A stretch of DNA of 39,499 bases from a virus (Duplodnaviria > Caudoviricetes): positions 1 to 39,499 of IMG/VR virus record IMGVR_UViG_3300030376_003158; one strand, written 5' to 3'. The notes under the pieces were generated by a model. The model was not told where the DNA came from, did no database searches, and saw only the letters and a list, made by a program, of their open reading frames with translations. Positions 32,994 through 39,499 of this stretch are shown here, in pieces (the stretch's first letter is position 1; each line of letters starts with the position of its first letter). Both the position numbers and the translations under genes were made by a program.

Positions 32994-34768
32994 TGGACCG
33001 TCAACGCATAGAGACTAGAGAATTTGATGACTGGCGCAAAGGTCAGGTATTTGCAGACGTAGTACGTATGCCTCGTAATGACGATTCATACTGCTCTATG
33101 AACATGCAAGTATACGACTCCGGTGCGTTAGGCCCACGTCCTCGGTTAAGGAAATGGGCAAACACAGGTTTTACTGATGCTAGTGATTTACTTCTGTCAA
33201 ACAACAGCTGTATACAGTACAAAGAAAGTGACACTACAATGGGTGACGCTTACGGTCATCTTTACTTATATAAGATGAGCGTTGGAGGTGCTAGTGCTCA
33301 AGCGTACTACTATAATTTTGATTCTACCAGTTCAGCGATAGGCTGGAAAGATGGTTCAGCTTTAGGGGCTTTTACGCTTCCATCAGCTACTGAGTGGTCA
33401 GCTAAACGAGCGGGTTGGGGTACGGCAGTAGAAGATAAAGTAGGTAACTCTCAATCAGATGCTTTAGGGCCAGAAGATTTTGTTTTCTTAGGCCAGAAAA
33501 AATATGACGGCAGCTCAGTCACCGCAATAGACTGGGGCAACGGTTCTGTACTGAACACAATCACTAACGCCGTTTTTTATCGTGGAAGGTTGTGGGGTTG
33601 GTCACAAAGCAATTTAGCAAAAAACAGACTGTACTACACAGACATAGATGATTACACAGATTCTGATTCTGCGTTGCAGTACATAGACATAAGTAATTCA
33701 AGCGGTAAAGTATTTATTAAAGGTTGCTGGCCTGTGCGAGATTCTTTGTTGATTGCACTAAGTGACGACAGTTGGTATGCCTTCACAGGAACACCAGCTA
33801 CAGGAACGCTACGATTTATAGGTAAGTACGTTACCCCGTCCCACGGAGCAGCGGCCACGATATTAGGTAACGCTGTGTATTTTATGGGTCCAGATGGGCA
33901 GGGCGTATGTGCGGCTACTCCTTCTGGCGTAGACACTATTACGCATAAAGATAAAGTTCCTTGGGTGCATGATGGCAACTGGAATATATTTACAGAGTAC
34001 AGATCTCTGTCGTCCCCTGATCGCAATGCTTTACATTTAATGACGGTTGACGGCTCTACAGGTTACATGGGCGCAGCAATAGAAAAAGTAAACGATCAAT
34101 GGTATTTAACGTCTTATGGCAACGGAAACGATTACTTTGGAAGTATTGTCGGAACTAATGGTTACGGGATACTACGTGATTGCGCTACTATTAATTTTGG
34201 TAACGCTTACGCCTTTGTAACTTACGGAAGCTACTTTAGTGGTGGCACTAAATATGCGTTAGGCCTATTAACTAGAGATATTGTCTTAAACAGACCGTCA
34301 CGAGACGATGATGTTTTTTCTGATAAAGTAGACGCAGGCAACGTTCTTAGCAGTACCGTAGTTTCCGATGCTGGTTCAAGCATTATACGTTTATCTCCAT
34401 ATAGCGCTGACTATGGCGAGGAAGCTCGTGTAGTAAGGATAGTTATTGACTTCACTTACTGGAGAAGCAGCGGAGACAACTATGCTACACCTACTATGGA
34501 ATTAAGAATAAAAACGATTACTAATACTACAGACAATATTTATAGTGACGCAACTTCTTTTAACACGTGGGCAGCTAGCACAAGTAATTTACCTAACATA
34601 ACTTATAGTTACAGAGGAAGGCAGGCACGTTATGTGTACGACATACCTCTAGGGGATTTCAGCCCTGATATGTTTGTAGAGCTTCATAATATTGAATCTA
34701 TAGCTCTAAACAAAGTAACAGTTGATTACGAAGTACGACCAGATAATTTTACAACTAGGAACTACTAA
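32993..34768 (+). CDS. Tail nozzle / stabilisation protein (beta-propeller, P22 gp10/T7 gp12-like); start revised to 32993
   Basis: FYRGRLW, NRLYYTD, GNAVYFMG propeller blades; follows adaptor; TAATG coupling. Confidence 0.7.
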   Translation: MDRQRIETREFDDWRKGQVFADVVRMPRNDDSYCSMNMQVYDSGALGPRPRLRKWANTGFTDASDLLLSNNSCIQYKESDTTMGDAYGHLYLYKMSVGGASAQAYYYNFDSTSSAIGWKDGSALGAFTLPSATEWSAKRAGWGTAVEDKVGNSQSDALGPEDFVFLGQKKYDGSSVTAIDWGNGSVLNTITNAVFYRGRLWGWSQSNLAKNRLYYTDIDDYTDSDSALQYIDISNSSGKVFIKGCWPVRDSLLIALSDDSWYAFTGTPATGTLRFIGKYVTPSHGAAATILGNAVYFMGPDGQGVCAATPSGVDTITHKDKVPWVHDGNWNIFTEYRSLSSPDRNALHLMTVDGSTGYMGAAIEKVNDQWYLTSYGNGNDYFGSIVGTNGYGILRDCATINFGNAYAFVTYGSYFSGGTKYALGLLTRDIVLNRPSRDDDVFSDKVDAGNVLSSTVVSDAGSSIIRLSPYSADYGEEARVVRIVIDFTYWRSSGDNYATPTMELRIKTITNTTDNIYSDATSFNTWAASTSNLPNITYSYRGRQARYVYDIPLGDFSPDMFVELHNIESIALNKVTVDYEVRPDNFTTRNY

Positions 34769-36738
34769 TGCCTTTTCAATTTAACGGGGAGCTAGGAGCA
34801 GCGGTAGCTAACACAGACATAGAGTTAGCAACTGCTGTAGAGCAAAGACTAGAAGCCTACCTAGAGAACGTAGCAGGTACATTAACTGGAGTAGACGCAG
34901 GCTTAGGTATTTCCGGCGGAGGCACTTCTGGAACTGTGGCTGTGGCTTTTGCTCCGTCTGAGTTAAGTAGTGCAACTGTTGCGACAGATGACAAAATAGT
35001 TATAGCTGACACAAATGATAGTGACAATCCTAAAACAGTTACAGTGTCTTCAGTTGTAGCTTTAGCGCCACAAGGAGATATAACGGGCGTTACTGCAGGA
35101 CTAGGGATAGGGGGCGGAGGCACTACTGGAACTGTTGAAGTTACTTTTGACCCGTCTGAGTTAAGCTCAGTAACGGTAGCATCTGACGATAAAGTAGTTG
35201 TTGCAGACACAAGCGACAGCGATAACCCTAAAACTGTGACAGCTTCTTCTATTGCAGGTTTAGTAACTGACATTAGCGGAAACGCTGCTACCGCAACTGC
35301 CCTACAGACAGCACGAACTATAGGCGGCGTGTCATTTGACGGCACTGCTAACATAGATCTCGCAGGCGTAAACACTGCAGGTAATCAGAATACGTCTGGT
35401 AATGCTGCGACAGCTACTGCATTGGCTACAGCTAGAGCTATTAACGGCGTTGACTTTGATGGGACAGGAGATATTACGGTAACTGCTGATGCAAACACAT
35501 TAAGTGGAACAGAGCTAAAGTCTACTGTTGTCACATCTTCTTTAACTAGCGTTGGCACTCTTAGTTCTTTGACTGTTAGCGGGGCTATTACTCCTGCTAC
35601 AGTAACTGCTTCAACTGTCACTGTAGCTGCAGATGACCTTGTGCTAATTGCAGACACATCTGACAGCAATAACATTAAGAAAGTCACAGCTCAGTCTATA
35701 GGGAATTTAGGTGGAGGCGGAGGCGGAGGCTCTCCTGCTGGCGCAGATCATCAAATACAATGGAATGACAATGGTTCTTTTGGAGCAGACTCAGGCTTAG
35801 TTTATGACGGATCAACATTTACTTTTGACGCAACAACATTTAGCGCTGCAGGAACCACTAACAGGTTTTATTCTAGTGCTGATATTTTACAGCTACACAA
35901 TACGTCATCAGCAACAACAGGTGGTTATATAGGGTACTATTCAAATGACGTTACTCGTCTTGGTTATGTAGGGTATCCAGCTAATGATGACCTTTACATG
36001 AAAAATGAAGCTGCTGATGGAAACATGTATTTCGTTGTTAACGGTAATAAGTCAATGTATTGGTATATTGAAAATACTGGAGAAATGAAACTAACTAGCG
36101 CACGATTACAACCATACGCAGACTTAGGCCTGTCTCTTGGTAATGCGTCAAACCGTTGGAACGTTCTTTATGTGAATGAAATTGAAGCAGATTCAGGTTC
36201 TGCTACTGACCCTTCTTACACATTTAACGGTGACGAAAATACTGGCATGTACTCTGGAGGAGCTAATGTTGTACGAATAACTACTGCAGGCTCAATACGA
36301 ACATTGTGGAGTAGCTCTGGTACGTATTTACGAACTCCTAGTGGCTACTCATCAGGCATCAGCACCTTATACCGTAACAACAGCACTGGGTATATTGTGC
36401 ACTTTTCTTCGTCAGAACGTTATAAAACTGATATAGTGGATATGCCAGCTGAACAGTGGCAGAAGATATACGACTTACGACCTGTTAAATTTAACTGGGA
36501 CGTGAACTCAGACATAAATATACCTGACGAAAACGATGTGGAAGGCTTTGGTTTAATAGCTGAAGAAGTAGTAGAGGTTTATCCTAAGCTAGTACACACA
36601 ACACCTCTTGAAGAAGATAATGAAGGGAATATGAGTGGAGAACAAATAGAAGGTGTAAACTATGAAATGTTGACACCTTATTTATTAGCAGCAGTACAAG
36701 ATATTAACACTAGACTATCTACCTTGGAGGATACATGA
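34768..36738 (+). CDS. Tail fibre/spike with internal repeats and C-terminal intramolecular chaperone (peptidase S74-like)
   Basis: G/T/S-rich repeats; SSERYKTDI...LRPVKFNW...GLIAEEV..VYP..V...VNY chaperone signature. Confidence 0.88.
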   Translation: MPFQFNGELGAAVANTDIELATAVEQRLEAYLENVAGTLTGVDAGLGISGGGTSGTVAVAFAPSELSSATVATDDKIVIADTNDSDNPKTVTVSSVVALAPQGDITGVTAGLGIGGGGTTGTVEVTFDPSELSSVTVASDDKVVVADTSDSDNPKTVTASSIAGLVTDISGNAATATALQTARTIGGVSFDGTANIDLAGVNTAGNQNTSGNAATATALATARAINGVDFDGTGDITVTADANTLSGTELKSTVVTSSLTSVGTLSSLTVSGAITPATVTASTVTVAADDLVLIADTSDSNNIKKVTAQSIGNLGGGGGGGSPAGADHQIQWNDNGSFGADSGLVYDGSTFTFDATTFSAAGTTNRFYSSADILQLHNTSSATTGGYIGYYSNDVTRLGYVGYPANDDLYMKNEAADGNMYFVVNGNKSMYWYIENTGEMKLTSARLQPYADLGLSLGNASNRWNVLYVNEIEADSGSATDPSYTFNGDENTGMYSGGANVVRITTAGSIRTLWSSSGTYLRTPSGYSSGISTLYRNNSTGYIVHFSSSERYKTDIVDMPAEQWQKIYDLRPVKFNWDVNSDINIPDENDVEGFGLIAEEVVEVYPKLVHTTPLEEDNEGNMSGEQIEGVNYEMLTPYLLAAVQDINTRLSTLEDT

Positions 36739-36884
36739 ACCTAAATGCTGAAGATGTGGTAAACAGAATGCGACAACGTTGGCCTAAAGAAGCCACTATT
36801 TGCATTCAAGAGATGATTATAGAGGAATTAGAAGCAAAACAATGTGATTGTGAAGACCAAGAAGATGACACTGAAGTGTCATAA
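36735..36884 (+). CDS. 49-aa helical microprotein, possible fibre assembly factor; not in ORF track
   Basis: GGAGG SD, ATGA overlap; MNLNAEDVVNRMRQRWPKEATICIQEMIIEELEAKQ... Confidence 0.6.
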   Translation: MNLNAEDVVNRMRQRWPKEATICIQEMIIEELEAKQCDCEDQEDDTEVS

Positions 36885-36895
36885 TATGTTATAAT
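36866..36895 (+). promoter_or_regulatory. Promoter of ejection-protein operon with TGACA-N6-TGTCA palindrome; leaderless
   Basis: TGACACTGAAGTGTCA, TGT-TATAAT at 36890-36895, ATG at 36902. Confidence 0.65.
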
Positions 36896-36901
36896 AGCTA
36901 T

Positions 36902-37441
36902 ATGGCGCCTACGTATAATTCTGTTCTTGAAGCATTGGGTCAATTAGATTTTGGAAAGCTGGCTGGGTACGCCCCTCCACCGCCTCCAGACTATCAAGCA
37001 CCACCACCACCACCCCCACCCCCTCCTCCTGTAGCTAGGAGAAGAAGAAGATGGCAGGACGACCCTACCTACATGGCGTTTCTACGTCAGATGGGGTTGG
37101 ACGAATCTATGGTTAGCGAAACACTAGAAGGCATAATACTAGCAGGAGCACAAGCCGCAAAAAGAGATGCAACGTTTTTTGAAGATCAAAGAATGATACA
37201 GGAAAAGTCAATAAACGAAGGCGCTGAGGAACGAGGAATGTTCCGATCCGGCAGGCGAGTACGAGATGTAGCAAGAGCAAAGTCAGAGATAGATCTTCAA
37301 GAAACAGAAGGCATAGAAGACAGAGCAAGTCAATTAGCTCAAGCACAAATGACAGCTGCAAATGAAAGAACACAAATAGAAATAGACAGGCAGGAAGCAG
37401 AGTTGGCAGCACGTGACAGAGCTGCCAGACAAAATGCGTAA
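36902..37441 (+). CDS. Putative internal virion protein, poly-Pro N-terminus
   Basis: ERGMFRSG motif, helical A/E/Q-rich; precedes the giant protein. Confidence 0.6.
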   Translation: MAPTYNSVLEALGQLDFGKLAGYAPPPPPDYQAPPPPPPPPPPVARRRRRWQDDPTYMAFLRQMGLDESMVSETLEGIILAGAQAAKRDATFFEDQRMIQEKSINEGAEERGMFRSGRRVRDVARAKSEIDLQETEGIEDRASQLAQAQMTAANERTQIEIDRQEAELAARDRAARQNA

Positions 37442-37443
37442 TT

Positions 37444-38292
37444 ATGGCAACAGGCGACTTATCAGAATCAGCATTAACGAGTTCAATAGACTCATCTAAA
37501 AAGAAACAACTAGAAGCGTTAGCTAGTGGTGGTCAAGCAGGATTGACTGCTTATGAAGAAGCAGACACACAGACTACAGCATTAGAGACGGCAGCTAGTA
37601 AAGACATAATGCGCTTAGCAGGTAAAGATAACGCAGCAGCTGTTGCCGAATTGCAAGCTGCTAGAGAGGCTCTTTTAGGAGGAGCCGAAAGTGCAGCTGA
37701 ACTAGGACGTCAAGGATTTACCGAGCAGTCAACAAGACTAAAACAGAATGTAGAAGACTTTGCGACAACATTCAAGAATCAGGCACCTGCTTACGCTAAG
37801 ATAGAGAACGAGTATCGTTCGCAGGCGGCAGCTAGAAGATTAGCGGCTAAGAAGAAAGCGCAAGAAAAGGCGTTCAAAGCGGCGAGAGATGCAGCGAGGT
37901 CTGCAGCAGAGTTTAGCGCTAAGTACCCTGAACGGGAAAATATACTACTTGAAAGAGATACTAGTGCTCTAGTGGCTTATTTAGAAGATCAAAACGTTAA
38001 CCCTGTTATAAAGGGAGTTATTAATGAGCTAATTAACCCTGCTAGCCCATTGGAGATGAACACTGTAGTACTAAACTATATTGGTAATCCTACTATGTTC
38101 AACGAACAAAACGCACAAGCTATCGTACTAGCGGTCAATCAAATGGACCCCACAATAGATGCAGGCGCAGTTCTAGAACAGATTAATGAGATAAGAGCTA
38201 CCTTTGAAACTGGCTACGAACCACCTTCTGAAGACACAGGGTTTAGTTATCCACCTGCTGAAGAAGATGCTGTAGTAAACAAATACGAGTAA
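37444..38292 (+). CDS. Putative internal virion (ejection) protein
   Basis: Ala-rich helical protein between 36902 gene and giant protein. Confidence 0.6.
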   Translation: MATGDLSESALTSSIDSSKKKQLEALASGGQAGLTAYEEADTQTTALETAASKDIMRLAGKDNAAAVAELQAAREALLGGAESAAELGRQGFTEQSTRLKQNVEDFATTFKNQAPAYAKIENEYRSQAAARRLAAKKKAQEKAFKAARDAARSAAEFSAKYPERENILLERDTSALVAYLEDQNVNPVIKGVINELINPASPLEMNTVVLNYIGNPTMFNEQNAQAIVLAVNQMDPTIDAGAVLEQINEIRATFETGYEPPSEDTGFSYPPAEEDAVVNKYE

Positions 38293-38303
38293 GGCAGGCC
38301 AAT

Positions 38304-39499
38304 ATGTCAGATATGTCAAGCGGCGGTGGCGGCTGGGGCGGAGATGAAGATGATGATAAAGGTTTTTTGGAGAAACTTGGTGATCTTCTCGGGGGCTTAG
38401 GCAGTGGCACTAGAGGCGGAGCGCAAGCTGAGGGTGCAACGCAAGTTATTCAAGGCATCGGTGAAATAGGTGAGATAACGTATGCTAGAGATGAAGCATA
38501 TCAGGCGTCTCTAGCTGATTTTATAGCGGACCAAAAGAAAAAATACTACGAGGAGCAGTACTTAGCTAACTTAGAAGCACAAGGCTATATAGCTGGACAA
38601 CCACCTAGCGTAGAGACAGGCATAGAGGAACTAAATTTAGGCAGATACTTAAAGTATACTCAAGAAGATTTCACAAAAGAAACAACTAAAAACAGATTTA
38701 TAACCCAGAACCCTATATTGCTGAACCCTAACTATCTGCCTCAAGCGGAGGGGCAAAAAGCATTAGAGGCTTACAGAGAGTTACCCATAGAGCAACAGTA
38801 CGACCCGACTTCGTATGAATTAGATTTTCAAAACACAGATCAAGGTTTGGTATTCAGAGGCATCTCGGCACCGCAAGACCCGTTTGCTACTTTATCAGTT
38901 CCGATAGAGAATTTTGAAGAACTAAAAGAAAACCCGACTGAATACAAAGCTGCTAAAGAACGACAACAAGATTTCCAAGAAATTTTAGACGCATTAAACA
39001 CTGGCGATGTTGAAAGAGTAGATGACTGGGCTGACTTAAGTAGACAGTTACTAAACTTTTACGCATACTTTTCTATGTACTCTGATGTGAAAGAAAGAAT
39101 TGAAAGTACGATAGAAGGGTTTGGTGACTTCCCTGATATTCAAAAATTTAACGCTGAAAGAATTTTGAAAAATGAGTTTGAATCCAAAGGCGTAGAGTTT
39201 AACGATGATTTAATAACTGGTCTTCTTGAGTTAGAAGACCCTTCAAGCGTTAAGAGAGCTTTAGAGGTAATAATGTACAACTACGCTGACCCGTTACGCC
39301 CGCATGTGGCGACATGGTTAGGCACTAGTGATGAAGAAGTATTAAATGAGTACTTAAATAAGCCACTAAGTAAAGGCGAAAAACTTAAAAACTTTGGTGG
39401 TAAACTAGTTGGCGAACTATACAGCACTCCTGTTCTAGGTGATTTCTTAGAATGGATAGACAGGCCTTCTCAAGCCATATTTATGGCAGGGGCAGGGTT
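38304..39499 (+). CDS. N-terminal ~393 aa of the giant internal virion protein (continues at position 13)
   Basis: Stop-free frame MSDMSSGGGGWGG...DRPSQAIFMAGAG to the window end. Confidence 0.85.
   Translation, partial: MSDMSSGGGGWGGDEDDDKGFLEKLGDLLGGLGSGTRGGAQAEGATQVIQGIGEIGEITYARDEAYQASLADFIADQKKKYYEEQYLANLEAQGYIAGQPPSVETGIEELNLGRYLKYTQEDFTKETTKNRFITQNPILLNPNYLPQAEGQKALEAYRELPIEQQYDPTSYELDFQNTDQGLVFRGISAPQDPFATLSVPIENFEELKENPTEYKAAKERQQDFQEILDALNTGDVERVDDWADLSRQLLNFYAYFSMYSDVKERIESTIEGFGDFPDIQKFNAERILKNEFESKGVEFNDDLITGLLELEDPSSVKRALEVIMYNYADPLRPHVATWLGTSDEEVLNEYLNKPLSKGEKLKNFGGKLVGELYSTPVLGDFLEWIDRPSQAIFMAGAG
39472..39496 (+). repeat. Terminal overlap copy 2
   Basis: Identical to 2-26. 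Confidence 0.92.

Noticed and set aside
34768-36738. Diversity-generating retroelement target
   Set aside because: No reverse transcriptase gene; the repeats are in-frame protein repeats without adenine-specific differences
243-37412. Numerous antisense and alternate-frame ORFs in the track (e.g. 13029..13544, 34857..35375, 7755..8171, 20687..20911)
   Set aside because: They shadow well-supported genes or regulatory DNA, lack SD signals and show no recognisable motifs

Overview
The window is an apparently complete, circularly permuted dsDNA tailed-phage genome of about 39,470 bp: bases 2-26 recur at 39472-39496, and an open frame starting at 38304 runs through the junction into the 13..5442 ORF, giving one ~2,200-aa protein. 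The + strand arm (23896 to 5442) encodes terminase large subunit, portal, scaffold, major capsid, adaptor and nozzle-like proteins, a tail fibre with a C-terminal chaperone, and putative ejection proteins, consistent with a podovirus (no tape measure or sheath recognised). The - strand arm carries small early genes (Ocr-like, SprT-like), a divergent WhiB, a displaced small-terminase-like gene, PolA, RuvC-like, SNF2, PD-(D/E)XK nuclease, Sak4-like ATPase, SSB, primase-helicase, amidase and an exonuclease. WhiB, the PGRP-type amidase and leaderless promoters point to an Actinomycetota host (inference). No integrase, RNA polymerase, tRNA or CRISPR array was seen. The most unusual part is 18.8-23.9 kb: promoter-gene-terminator cassettes bounded by a directional 15-mer (CGCCRCCGCAGCGCT), three copies of a covarying pseudoknot-like RNA motif, a 30-bp G-U-compatible hairpin with TGTGAC repeats, DnaA boxes and several operator-like repeat families. 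All protein calls come from motif recognition by eye, not database searches.
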